From the NCBI GenBank assembly GCA_951406725.2, contig OX597817.1, positions 149,668,001 through 149,732,000 of the forward strand: 64,000 nt of DNA. The letters run 5' to 3'. The stretch is from Octopus vulgaris. Lineage: Eukaryota. The notes under the pieces are model-generated. The model made no database searches, was not told the origin of the DNA, and was given only the letters and a program-made list of their open reading frames with translations. Shown in pieces: positions 41,451-54,554 of this stretch. Numbering within the stretch: the first letter of the stretch is position 1; each line of letters starts with the position of its first letter. Both the position numbers and the translations under genes were made by a program.

Positions 41451-43147
41451 CTAACTAACAATTTGGTCTCTTGTAAAAATAAAAAAATATGCAACAGAAG
41501 TCAAATCGAAAACCATGAAAGTTCTATAAGAAGTAAACAGCGCTTGTTAAAGACGTCATCTGGGATTGTTCGTCAACGTGATGGCGTAAGGAAGGATATT
41601 CTTTACTTTCTGAATGCTAAAGTATGTCTGGTGGGTTTACCTCCAACTAACCGATAACACGGTGTCTTGAAAAAAATAACGGAAGACAACTGGAAACCAT
41701 TTTTATATTGTCTCACGAAGATTTTCTACGAGTAAAACATAGCTCCGGTCAAGGACGTCATCAGAGGTCGTTCGTCAATTTGATGATACAAGGAAGGGAA
41801 ATTAGGACAGAAAATAATGCCTAAATTAATTTGCTATGATTCAAATTAAACCTGCTTCAGTGTTCTTCAGATAATTAGTTCTGTGTCATTATAATTATTT
41901 ATTTTTAATTGTAACTCTTCAGTTATATTGTTTAACCTCTTTTGTTTTCGTGAAGCTTCACGTCATCATTTCGTTCTTTTGTTTTTGTTTTTTGTTTTGT
42001 TTTGTTTTTTGTTTAGTTTTTTGTTTGTTTGAGTGATGTTTCTAGATGTCAGTGCGGATTGGTGTTTAACCTGCTTTGTTTCAGTCACGTTCATAATGAT
42101 CATTCACTATTGCCTGATGCAGAAGATATTTTTAAGTGCTATGTGCCAACCAGACTTCTTCAAAGCTCATGACATTCGAAGTGTCTTTTGGTTTTTGTTT
42201 TACTCGGTCATTGAAAATGCTCCAGCTTCTTTCATGACACACATGTGATATTCTCTTAGTCTTTTCCTTTCCTATCGAACAATCACAAGTTCTTTTCTGT
42301 ACAGTTCTCTTAGGTTTCGGATTTTCTTTCGATTCCTTCTCACTTTGTTTTTCTGCCTATTAAACCTCCTGTGTATTTATCCCCTTCTCACTTTCTCCTT
42401 TTCTTTCTCCACCACTTCTCTCTCTCTCTCTATCTCTTTCTTTCTCTGTCCCTCTCTATCTATCTGTCTATCTCTCTATCTACTTATCTCTCTATCCTCT
42501 CTTATCTATCTTTCTCTCTATCTCTCTATATACCTACCTATCTCTCTATCCTTCTCTCTTATCTATCTTTCTCTCTATCTCTCTATCTACCTACCTATCT
42601 CTCTATCCTTCTCTCTTATCTATCTTTTCTCTCTATCTATCTGTCTGTCTATCTGTCTATCTTTCACTCTATCTACCTCCTCTCTCACGTTTAAACACTG
42701 CAAATTCATTTTCTCCTCAGCCTAAGTATCTTTCATTTTACCATTCCAGGGAATTCTCCTACTTATAAACATTGCAAAAATGCAAGCAAGTAAATAAGTA
42801 GCCTTAAATTTGAACAAGACCCTTTTGCCTGCTGCCTTAATGAAAATTGTATACACTGAGTAGGCTAAATTAAATGTTTACATTGTAGCTGAATTTACGC
42901 TACCAAAACAGATTGTAACTGTTGGTTTAGCGGACAGTCAGATAACGTGTTCGCTGATTGGGCTTCTTTGAACCGTCCTCTCTTAATTGCCAGATTCGAA
43001 GCTTTCTTTTATAATCCGCTTTAGGATAATGATAAAAATGGCCAATTTACATTTCTTTATGTTTGTGCGTGTTTGTTTGGGCTTTGCGTATGTGCGGGCG
43101 AGTGGGCGGCGGGGGGGGTACGTGTGTATGTGTTTGTGTGTGTATGT

Positions 43148-43180
<33 letters not shown>

Positions 43181-43849
43181 TATCGACTGTGGTCAAAAAT
43201 AAACTGACGTATGTGCTTAAAAGGGGGAAAAAGAGCAAAAGAAGAAACGGTTCTGAGGTGGGCAATAAAAGAAATATTTTTGGTTGTGTCGGAGAAAGAA
43301 ATACATAGGAAGAAATATTATGGAAGGGAAACGGAAAAAATATCAGCAAATATAAATACATAAAAGAAACTGGAGGAGGCGGAGGGGGAGGATGAGGGGT
43401 GGGAGTGGTGGGAGGGGATTACGGAAGTGGGAGGGGGGAGGGGATGGGGAGATGGGGAGAGGACGGGAGGAGGAGAGGAGGAGGGGAAGAGGGGATGGAT
43501 GAAGGGAAAGGGGAGGAGAAGGGTGAGGAGGAATGGAGGGAAGAGGGGGGAAGGTGGGGAGTGTGGGGTTTAAGAGGGGGAGGAGGAGGAGGATGGGGTG
43601 AAGGGGAGGCAAAAGGGGATGGATGAGGAGGAGCGGGAGGATGTGAATTTTGGGAGGAAGAAAGATTGAAGATAAAATAATAAATTAATAAAAATAAGCA
43701 TAAAAAGATTGATCGAAAGAAGAGGAAGGAGACAAAATGCATAAAAAATTATAGTTGGGACAGTAACAAAAAAAAAAGAAAAGAAAAGAAAGAGGAAAAA
43801 CAAACAAATAGTTGTGGGGCAGGCAAAGAACGTTAAACCACGAATACAA

Positions 43850-44067
43850 AGAAGAAAAAGAAGAAGAAGAAGAAGAAGAAGAAGAAGAAGAAGAAGAAGA
43901 AGAAGAAGAAGAAAAAGAAGAAGAAAAAGAAGAAGAAGAAGAAGAAGAAGAACAACAACAACAACAACAACAAGAGCAAGAACAAGAAGAACAAGAACAA
44001 GAACAAGAACAAGAACAAGAACAAGAAGAAGAAGAAGAAGAAGAAGAAGAAGAAGAAGAAGAAGAAG

Positions 44068-44099
<32 letters not shown>

Positions 44100-44345
44100 G
44101 AACAAGAACAAGAACAACAAGAACAACAAGAACAACAAGAACAACAAGAACAAGAACAAGAACAAGAACAAGAAGAACAAGAAGAACAAGAACAAGAAGA
44201 AGAACAAGAAGAACAAGAACAAGAAGAACAAGAACAAGAAGAAGAACAAGAAGAAGAAGAACAAGAAGAAGAAGAACAAGAAGAAGAAGAACAAGAACAA
44301 GAAGAACAAGAAGAACAAGAACAAGAAGAAGAAGAAGAAGAAGAA
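43850..44345. repeat. Compound (GAA)/(CAA) trinucleotide tract
   Basis: About 500 bp of GAA and CAA triplets; produces spurious poly-E/Q, poly-S/C and poly-L ORFs. Confidence 0.95.
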
Positions 44346-44880
44346 ACAACTAATGGGTGCAAAATAATTGAGAGCGATAAAACAGTATGATCCGGGGGAG
44401 AGAAAATAAAATAAGAATGGGAAAAGAAATAAAGAGAGTTAAATAGAAATAATAACATTTTATCGCTTATAACATCGAAAAAAATAAAATCGTTATTAGT
44501 TTGCTCATTAAAAAATATTTTACTTGTCTACCGCAAGCGGCCTTCGGTTCAGAAGGAAAATAAATCTTTGTGTGTGTGTGAGTGTGTGTGTGTAAGTGTT
44601 GTGTAAGTGTGTGTGTGTGTGAGTGTGCGCGTGCGTCTGTGTCTGTGTGTGTGTGTGCACGTATGTGTGTGTAATTGTGTGTAAGTGTGCAGGTGTGTGT
44701 GTGTGTGCGGGCGCGTGTGTATAAATGTGTGTATGTGTAAATGTGTGTGTGTGTAAGTGTTCACGTGTGTGTGTGTATGTGTGTGTGTGTGTGTTGAAAT
44801 CACAACTGTCCTCTCTTTCTCTCACTTTTTCTCTCTCTCAAGCTTATCGCTCACTTTCTCTCTTTTCTCCCTCTCTCCCT

Positions 44881-44999
44881 CTCTCTCTCTCTCTCTCTTT
44901 CATCTACCTGTTCCTCTTTCTCTCACACACTTTCTAAGTATCTGTCTCTCTCCCTATAACTCTTTCCCGCCCCACCGCATTCCATTCAGTCTTTTCCTT

Positions 45000-45039
<40 letters not shown>

Positions 45040-45128
45040 ATCTACTGTTCCTCTTTCTCTCACACACTTTCTAAGTATCTGTCTCTTTCCCTATAACTCT
45101 TTCCCGCCCCACCGCATTCCATTCAGTC

Positions 45129-45140
<12 letters not shown>
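44881..45140. repeat. Local tandem duplication of about 135 bp bounded by (CT)n
   Basis: TTTCATCTAC..CACTTTCTAAGTATCTGTC..CCCGCCCCACCGCATTCCATTCAGTC occurs twice. Confidence 0.9.
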
Positions 45141-45184
<44 letters not shown>

Positions 45185-46682
45185 GCTCGCTCGCTCTCTT
45201 TCTCTCTTTCTGTTCCTTTACTCAGAAGTTCACTTTTTTTTTTTCTTTTTTGCTCTTTTCGAATTTTTTTTTGTTCTTGTTCGCTCTTTTTTTTTTTTCC
45301 TTCTTATTGCTCTTATGTGATATTGCTGTTAACAGTTTTGTTTTTCTGGTTATTTTCAGAGAGAGAAAAACCACAAAAAAAAGAACTAAAGCAAATCAAG
45401 AAAAAACAAAAAAAAAGGAAAGAGAAAGAAGAAAGGAAGAGACACAGAAGGAGAGAAACATTCTGCTGTATACCTTGAGCTTGTTTATTGCTACTCAGCA
45501 CCATGTTAAATGCACAATGCAATTCTATTCAAATTGGCGTCTACACAAAAAGACGAACATGAAACAAACGAGGCGAATACGAAACAAGATGTTGAGAGAA
45601 AAGAAAAAAACAGAAAAAGAGAAGCTTAAGTAAATCGTTTGTAAGTAGAGAAAGAGAGAGAGAGATGAAGAGAGAGAGAGAGGGGAAACAAAAAAGGTAA
45701 GAACAAATTGTGTCACACGAAACGAGATAAGGTCGTTTGGATTAATAAGAAACACAAATAAAAAGACGGCAAAATGTTTGTAGAAAATAGAAAACAGAAA
45801 ACGAAAACAACGAAAGTTTCTAGTATTTTCTTCTCGGTGAAAGTCATGTCAGATTAAGCGGGGTGAGGTTATGTTTAGATGTGTCTGAAAATCTTTTACT
45901 TGAAGCTAAAACCAGCTTTCATATATTAAACGTTCAAATGTAAGTAACTCGTCAGTGAAGGATTAGCTATCACTGCTGTTGCAAGAGTTGCTATATAGCT
46001 AGAACTGTTGTTGTTCTTGATGGTGGTGATGATGATGAAGGTGGTGATGGTGATACTGGTGGTGATGGTGATGCTGGGGGTGGTGCTGGTGGTGCTGGTG
46101 GCGTTAATGCTCTAATTGTTTTGCTTTTTTTTGTAATTCTTTCGTTTCCTTCTTTTCACTTTTTGGGATTAATTTAAAAGTATTGACAATGTACTTTAGT
46201 TCACATTGCAGCGATGGTTATTTCTCAGTCACAATCTTCTGTTGGCGATGTACTTTAATTGCTTTTTGTTTTGTGCCCTTTTGTTGTTGTTGTTGTTGTT
46301 TTTCTTTTTGCGAAAGGTAGATAGGTGATGTGCCTCGGTCTGTAATGTGCCAAGAAATCTACTTCTCTTATCAAAACAACCACCTGTCTGTCATTACAAG
46401 AACTCCTCAGTATTACAATATGCGAAGCAAAAAGGAAAATTTTAAAAACTTGTTCGGAATGCCCCCTATAGTTAAATTCCAAAGCACATAACTGCTTGCC
46501 TGTACACACACACACACACACGCTCGCGTGCGCGAAGCAGAAGCAGTTCTAACCATAAAATAATGCCATATTTTTTCGTATAAAGTATTTGTCTTGTAAA
46601 TATAGGAGATATACTCGATTCAATATACATTAAAATCTTACTGATACACATACATACATACATACATACATACATACATACA

Positions 46683-46716
<34 letters not shown>

Positions 46717-46761
46717 CACACATACACACACGTACGTACGTGTGTGTGTGTGTGTGTGTTT

Positions 46762-46827
<66 letters not shown>

Positions 46828-46912
46828 AAATCGGTAACGAACGGCGGCGTCAAGAACTAAGAAAAAGTCAAATGGACATACGTGAAAGTTCAAATGGAAA
46901 ATTAAAAGTAAA

Positions 46913-46944
46913 GACGTAACGTTTCGAGCATGGCTCTTCGTCGG
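46913..46944 (-). ncRNA. Variant hammerhead-like motif
   Basis: Minus strand CCGACGA-A-GAGC-CAT-GCTC-GAAAC-GTTAC-GTC. Stem I is not preserved. Confidence 0.5.
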
Positions 46945-47045
46945 ATAGTGAAAAAATGTCCAAAGAAGAGGAAAAGGGGGTATAGGATAGTGTGGAAAAA
47001 GTACGTGCGTCGCTACATGCTCAAAAAATATGGCTGCTTCATCTT

Positions 47046-47463
47046 ATTTCTTTACTGCCCACAAGGGGCTACACACAGAGAAGACAAACAAGGATAGACA
47101 AACAGATTAAGTCGATTATCTCGACCCCAGTACGTAACTGGTACTTATTTAATCGACCCCCGAAAGGATGAAAGGCAAAGTCGACCTCGGCGGAATTTGA
47201 ACTCAGAACGTAACGACAGACGAAATACCTATTTCTTTATTACCCACAAGGGGCTAAACACAGAGGGGACAAACAAGGACAGACATAGGTATTAAGTCGA
47301 TTACATCGACTCCAGTGCGTAACTGGTACTTAATTTATCGACCCCCGAAAGGATGAAAGGCAAAGTCGACCTCGGCGGAATTTGAACTCAGAACGTAACG
47401 ACAGACGAAATACCGCTAAGCATTTCGCCCGGCGTGCTAACGTTTCTGCCAGCTCGCCGCCTT
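47046..47463 (-). mobile_element. SINE family A dimer inside one 15-bp TSD
   Basis: TSD TGGCTGCTTCATCTT (47031-47045) / TGGCTGCCTCATCTT (47464-47478); junction at about 47228. Confidence 0.9.
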
Positions 47464-47969
47464 TGGCTGCCTCATCTTGCCTTGTGATAGCTGCCACACA
47501 TTCAGCCTGATCGTTCTGATTTACTTTCATCCTTGCACATGGTTGGATATGACTTTCCATCGCCATGACACGTTATATAATACAAAATGGACGAAGCATC
47601 AGTGAGGCATCATTTAATTTAAGTGACAAAAGCTTGTGCAACACTCTTTCCACTTTTCTCAGTTGTTGCAGTAGGTTCCAGTGGCAAGCTTTGCAAGATG
47701 GCGAATAATGTTTTGAGTGGAAGTTTTATGTCAGCGTATCTTTCTCCTAGGAGAGCTGCCTTCCCCAAGACTTTGTCAAAAATAACAGGAGCTTTTTCTA
47801 GCCCTAGAAAATCTATTTGTCTCATAGATGGGACCTTGACTGTTAGTACAATTCCAGTTCAGAACGGATCTGGAAGTAATGTTAAGGGATGACTCCATGC
47901 TCCTCACAACTTCAGAACCTTTGAACTGGCGCCTTACCACCGGATGCAGTTTAATGTCAAACCCACGAC

Positions 47970-48081
<112 letters not shown>

Positions 48082-48224
48082 AGTACTGATCAGGATGAAT
48101 AAAATGTAAAATCATCTTTGATAGGATCTCAAAGACACGAATCTCTCATCTTTTATCTCTAAAATATACCTTGATGGTTATATTATATATTCGAAATTAC
48201 TTTTTAAATAGTGACTTCAATTAC

Positions 48225-48562
48225 GTGGAAGCGTAATGGCCCAGTGCTTAGGGCAGCGGACCGGGCGTTGTGAGTGCTTATTGAGCGAAAACGCCTAAAT
48301 CTCCACGAGTCGCCGGCAGAGGGTGGTGGCGAGCCCTGCGGTATTCTTTCACCACAAATTTCTCGCACTCTTTCTTCCTGTTTCTGCTGTACCTGTATTT
48401 CAAAGGGCCAGCCTTGTTACACTCTGTGTCATGCTGAATCTCCCCGAGAACTACGTTAAGGGTACACGAGTCTGTGGAGTGCTCAGCCACTTGCACGTTA
48501 ATTTGACGAGCAAGCTGTTCCGTTGATCGGATCAACTGGAACCTTCGGAACGACGGAGTGCT
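48225..48562 (+). mobile_element. SINE family C
   Basis: Head GTGGAAGCGTAATGGCCCAGTG, family C tail GAGAACTACGTTAAGGG..GACGGAGTGC. Confidence 0.8.
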
Positions 48563-49639
48563 ACGAGTCTTTCTCCTCATAAATCATCGTTTTCACTTGC
48601 ACGTCTCTAACAATGATTCTGTTCTTCTCCGGTTCAAGGCGCCTTACATAGCCTCTCTAAATTTCCTTTCTGCTTCTACTGTTCGGTGGAATTTGAACTC
48701 AGAACGTAGCGGCAGACGAAACACCGCTAAGCATTTCGCCCGGTGTGCTAACATTTCTGCCAGCTCGCCGCCTTACATCACTGAAATACCTTCAAGGTTC
48801 CAATCAGGAAAGCAATGGATGCCTTCGTGAATCGTGCAACCTGTCAGGTCTCGTCCATTGTTTACTATCGTTTCTGTTGCCAATATATCTTTTCAATGTA
48901 AGGCTCAATAAACCAATAATCTGATGCTGATTCTATTCTCTGAACACAGCAGGCTATTTGTCGCCTACACAGAAGCAGCGCAGCCGCTTCAAAACCATTT
49001 GGAGTAATTGATTTGCCGGAATTTCCGTAGAGAATAGAGTTAGGTAGAGTTACGATATCATTTTAATATCATATAGTTAGTTCCAGAACAATTGACATAG
49101 AATTAACGAAAATCCGATCTATTAATTGGCTTAAGCAATACAGAGTACTACAGTTGTTGTGCGATATCTTGATATACATTAAATTGTAGTATTAATATTC
49201 GAGTATGTACCAGCTTTGAAAGTGGTGAAGTCAGATAATCATTTTGTAATTCAAAATTAAGAGAAGATATCAGCTGATGTACGATGATCCAGTTATAGAA
49301 AGCTTCACTATTTATACCAACTTGGTCTATTGGTATAAAATGGAAAGAAAAACAAGAGATGTGCAAGATTTTGGTGAGACTCATAATTTTAAAACGTTGA
49401 AGGGTTAAGCTTTAATGCAAAATGAAAGAAGATAGAATAACCACTGATGATTGGGCGAGTTTCGGAATTGTAAATGGCTTTCAGGAGATCCTTAAGAAAT
49501 TAGAAAACAAAGATTTCTTATATCTAATAAGATAGATAAACGGCAAGGAAAATAGATTCTAAGTAGATTCATACTTTGTTCACTGGAAATCAGCTGTTTT
49601 TTGTTTTGTTTATCTTGAGATTGTACTCATGTCCATCGC

Positions 49640-50400
49640 AAGCCTCCGATATTGTTGAGATTGATACCGTTAACGATATATGAATTAGTGCGGGTCTTGA
49701 CGTGTCATAATATGGGTGGTGAAGATGAGATGAGTTAGTTGGATGTATTTGAGGCGTAGGGAGTATGAGACCACCCGGATCCGTGGAGTAGAAACCACGG
49801 TAGAAAGAGTAGAGATAGGAAACAATACGTCTGAAGGTCAGAGACTGTGGTGTTGTGTCGGTAAGTAAGTGACTTTATGCAAGTCAACCAGCTGCCTTTC
49901 TTTCGATGTCTGTGTGTAGCAGCAGCACTGTTCCGTTGTGGGTCTCACCAAACCTCTGTAGAGGGTTAGTTGTTGCTGGAGGGTAAAGTATTTTCTGGCT
50001 TTGAAAAGGAGGAACAGTCTCTGGAATACTGTCATTAATATGCTGATGACAGACCAGCCTTTTAAAATACATGGTAGACGTAGAATATCAAAGTATCCAG
50101 GATCAGAGAAGATGAAAGATTGGTACCTTGAGGAGGTGCAACATTGTAAATTAATAAAATTTGTTAGCGATGAGTCCATTTTCACATTCATTATCATAGA
50201 GAATAAAATAATCTCCAATTGATTTAAGGTTTTTTTTTTCTTTCTTTCTACGTCTTTCGTTGGTGAGTTTCGTATCATAGATGAAACCAAGACTAACGGA
50301 TTGATTTTTGGCAGAAGTGAGCAGCCAAAAGTTACAGCCTTTCGTAGTCTTTTGCTCACATGGAAACAACACTAACCATGAATTGTGGGAACTGTCCAAC
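49640..50400 (-). mobile_element. Decayed CR1/Jockey-group LINE 3' region (related + strand fragment at 50690-50890)
   Basis: LFKARKYFTLQQQLTLYRGLVRPTTEQC (cf. LYK..IRP..EYC). The second fragment resembles RT..Y.QSF..RT..LWNSLP..VFP. Confidence 0.6.
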
Positions 50401-52674
50401 TTATGAAGTAATTTCTTGAAGTGTTTTATTCACATATTTGGACTGCTTGACATCTTAGAAATAGCAATCAAATCTCTGTTGACACATTAGATAATATAGT
50501 CCTTCCTGTTACTCCTTTCATCTTACAATCAAAGATTTTTATGCTTAAATCCATCTCTCTTCCAAGTTCACATTCCTAATGAGTTTTTGTGTACATGTGC
50601 ATGCATGTTCGCTTGTGTGTGTGTGTGTATGTGTGTGCGTGCGTGCATTTGTGTGTGTTTCATTCCATACCAATATATCAAGCTGGTACAGAAGTTAAAA
50701 CTCATCATTTACCTAGTTCCAATCCTCAGGACCCGTTTTAACTATTATGCCCAGTCCTTCTCTCTACAGAACATCATCCTCCGGGAGTTCTCTCCCAACA
50801 CATATTTTCCCTGCAATCGTATACATCCAACTATTTAAGAAGAACAATAACGGTACCAACCTCGCCGATTACAAAGGACAAGTGAAGGCATACGAGAACA
50901 ACTACAACAATACAACGCATTTACTATGAGGCGTTTTGGTTTTCTTTCTTCAGAATTCTTGCGAGAAGAAGAACTATCAATTTGTATTATCGTAACAGTG
51001 AGTACTTCCAATGAGATATTCTGTTGTCTGAATTATCTGTTGCTAAGGAGTAGCGCTTTGGTTGTCTTTTCATAGGTGTCTGGACCAAGTAACTACAAGA
51101 GGAACAACTCATTTGGACGTGTATTATTGTATCTGAATAGTATTATATTAATATAACCACTAAGTATCTCCGATGCTGTGCACTCTTACAGAGAGATATT
51201 ATATTGTCTGAATTATCTGTTAGCTTCATCTTAACGTCAGTTTCAATAAATAAATTTTAGATGCATTTTACTTCATGAATGAAATTCATAAGCAAATAAT
51301 AAATTTAATCACCCAATCCAGGTTTGAAATATTCTCTCTCTGCCGTGCTATAATATAATTCTTCGCCTTTGAATATTCTATAAATTACTCATAATGTACA
51401 GGATAAATTTCGGAAATAGAAAGGAAGCAATCGCTATCCACTCATTCTTTGTATTTCTGTAAATATCCACCGTTTATTTTAAATTTCCAACATGAATTTA
51501 TTTTAAAAGTCTCGTTAATTCTTCATGCAATGGGTATTATTAGAGCCGTTATTGTATTTTCTCTGTAAATCTCCTGTTAATGACGCAACTTCAATTATAT
51601 TACAACCATTCTATCAAATTCTTATGTTCGATTTAATTATTTCTTTCAACAGAAAAACCAAACTAACTAGAATCCAACTATTTTGTACTTGCATTTTCTG
51701 TTTGTTTTTCTTACTGTTGTTATTTTTATTACCTCTAGTTTAATGTATTCTATGAAGGCATACATGTGCGTCTGTACACACGCATTCCAGATATTATGCT
51801 AATATTTAAATATGTTGTTTTTTTCCCCCATTCTTCCAGAGATCAGCGATTAAAGAATATGACAGCTGTGTTTTTATTATAGAAGCTGTTGACATTAAAA
51901 ATTGACAAAGCCTAAAAGCTGCTCTCCTATTTAAAATTAGTTTTGATTTGTATTTTTGCGTTTTGATTCTTGTTGTTTTTTCTCATCATTTCTGGTCTTT
52001 AAATTTCCTATTCCTTTCCTTGTCTTAAATCGTTTTTCTTCTATTTTTGTTGTTGTTTTTTTTTCTTTAATATTGTTCCATGTTTCGCAAGATTTTGTCC
52101 AATAAGAGAATTGCGGAAATAATAAAAATACTTAAACAGTTAACAATATATTTAAAAATTATTTTTTATACATTGTTTGTTTGTTTGTTTATTTGTTTGT
52201 TTTCTTTTCCGAAACATTAACTTCACTGTATTATTGTTATCAGTAAGTCAAAGAAAATGCTTATTTCTTTGTTTGGTTTAGTTTTATTTTTCATTTTCGT
52301 TGAATAGGAAAATTCCATTACCCAACTAATTACATGGTTCTTGGTGGATCAAGTGAAAGAAACCATTTTAAGTGGCAGACAAGAAGCAAAGACAGAAGAA
52401 CTCACACCTTGACAATGGTTAAGTCTAATAGTAATTGCAGCTATCGACAGAGAAAGAAGCTTTGTTCAGCAACTTTATTCCATACAGTTTTAAAGGTTTC
52501 CGCGCAGTTTTAAATGGTTTGTGTATGTTTAAAACGCTTGAGGATAGTCTAAACATATTTCTAAATAAAACATCGAATTTGTTTCTGGTCTTTTGAATAA
52601 AGCTCAGTTGAAAGTTATTGAGTCACTGAAAAGGTTCAATCTAAAACTCTTTTATCATCCATTTATATTATGTA

Positions 52675-52846
52675 TAGGTGCAGGAGTGGCTGTGTGGTAA
52701 GTAGCTTGCTTACCAACCACATGGTTCCAGGTTCAATTCCAATGCGTGGCACCTTGGGCAAGTGTCTTCTACCTTCTACTATAGCTTCGGGCCGACCAAA
52801 GCCTTGTGAGTGGATTTGGTAGACGGAAACTGAAAGAAGCCCGTCG

Positions 52847-52887
<41 letters not shown>

Positions 52888-53140
52888 GTATGTATACACA
52901 TACACATATATATATATATGTTTGTGTGTGTGTGTGTATTTCGGTGTCTGTGTTTGTCCCCCAACATCGCTTGACAACCGATGGTGGTATGTTTACGTCC
53001 CCATCACTTAGCGGTTCGGCAAAAGAGAACGACAGAATAAGTCCTGGGATCGATTTGTTCGATTAAAGGCGGTGCTCCAGCGTGGCCGCATGTCAACTGA
53101 CTGAAACAAGTAAAAGAGTAAAAGAGTAAAGAGTAAAGAG
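52675..53140 (+). mobile_element. SINE family B, full length
   Basis: Family head, internal microsatellite and GTAAA(A)GA tail repeats. Confidence 0.87.
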
Positions 53141-53194
53141 TATACAGCTCTAACTGGTTGCTGACATAAATGACCTTAATTTAAAAAATGGTAA

Positions 53195-53502
53195 AGGTAC
53201 ATAGCTTAGTGATTAGGGTATTCGGTTCACGAACATAAGGTCGTGAGTTCGATTCCCTTCGGCGAGTTGTGTCCTTGAGCAAGACACTTTATTTCACATT
53301 GCTCCAGTCCACTCAGTTATACCTGTAATTCAAATGGCTCACCCTTGTCACATTCTGTGTTAGGCTGAATCTCCTTGAGAACTACGTTAAGACTACGCGT
53401 GTCTGCGGAGTACTCAGCCACTTGCACGTTAATTTCACGAGCTGGTTGTTCTGTTGATCGGATCAGTCGGAACACTCGTCGTCGTAACTGACGGAGTACC
53501 AG
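53195..53502 (+). mobile_element. SINE family C
   Basis: tRNA-like head, GTGTCCTTGAGCAAGACACTT core, family C tail. Confidence 0.78.
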
Positions 53503-53706
53503 TTAAAATATGGCAGCTGAGATGTTTTTGACTTTTCTAAGTGTATTAGTGAGGTAATTAAATGGCTCCTACAATCTCTTGGAACCCACGTTACAGACTC
53601 AGTTCACCTAAAATGTACTCAACACGAAAGTGCTGACCACAATATTTCAAATTTGCTTTTACACATTTTTTTGTCAAGTGTTTTAAACATAAACAAACCA
53701 TATAAA

Positions 53707-53871
53707 TACTGATAGGGCACAGAAAGTGTGTCAATAGCCAGCTGGAGAAGATGTTCTCCTGGGGCTACAAGCTACAATAGCATCCACCCTTAGTGTTTAG
53801 CCACATTTAAGTGACAAAAATACTTCACATTGTCGTGCAGCTACTGTTTATACCGCGTTCAGAGATTCATT
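53707..53871 (+). mobile_element. Relative of the 11269 element with 12-bp TSD
   Basis: TSD AAACCATATAAA at 53695-53706 and 53872-53883. Insert is collinear with 11618-11743 plus 11391-11425. Confidence 0.82.
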
Positions 53872-54251
53872 AAACCATATAAAACTGCGCAGAAACCTTT
53901 AAAACTCGTATATTCACAGGTCTAACAAGCTTTATATGTGTTGAACACGGTCCGTTTAAAAATGCAAGTAGACACAGGCATGGTTGTGTGGTTAACTAGC
54001 TCACTTAGTAACCATGAAGTTTCGGGTTCAGCCTCACTACGTGGCACCTCTGGCAAGTGTTTCCTACTACAGCCCCAGCCAACCAATACCTTTGTGATTG
54101 AAACTGCGTAGATAGAAACTGTGTGGAAGCCCGTCGTGTGTATTTATGTATATATATATATATATATATAAGGATAAGATCGTTAATTTAAAATAAATAA
54201 CGATCTTATCAAGTGGCCAGCATGGAAAAAATAACATTCAAAGGTAATAAT

Positions 54252-54515
54252 TATTAAAATTATGAATTAGGGTATCTCCGAGATACCAGCATGCTGAAAA
54301 TAGCAGCCATGATCTGACTCTAAAACCACCTTAAGTGTCCATATAGCAACACGGAGAGAAGACAAAGAGACAAGATGAAACTAGTAAAAAAATTACTGGA
54401 TAATTCCAGATCCCGTGTTGCTATAGGGACACTTAAGGTGGTTTTAGAGTCAGATCATGGCTGCTGTTTTCAGCATGGTGGTATCTCGTAGATACCATAA
54501 TTCATAATTTTAATA
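54252..54515. repeat. 103-bp inverted repeat (fold-back) within the (TA)n of an old SINE B
   Basis: 54252-54354 pairs with 54413-54515 with few mismatches. An extra 13-bp hairpin lies at 54173-54210. Confidence 0.92.
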
Positions 54516-54522
54516 TATATAA

Positions 54523-54554
<32 letters not shown>

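Larger units (their letters stand above)
52485..53908. mobile_element. TA-flanked TIR element (mariner-like) carrying three nested insertions
   Basis: Left arm CAGTTTTAAAGGTTTCCGCGCAGTTTTAAATGGTTTGTGTATGTTTAAAACGCTTGA; right arm TCAAGTGTTTTAAACATAAACAAACCATATAAA[insert]..ACTGCGCAGAAACCTTTAAAACTCG-TA. Confidence 0.7.

Noticed and set aside
43570-44458. Long ORFs (poly-E/Q, poly-S/C, poly-L/V, poly-R/T)
   Set aside because: All are translations of the GAA/CAA triplet tract, with no complex coding flanks.
47470-47830. Possible minus-strand exon (TTTTCTAG|GGCTAGAA..., 68-aa ORF)
   Set aside because: No recognisable protein family, and neighbouring frames are broken; more likely an unidentified TE relic. 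BLASTX or RNA-seq would decide.
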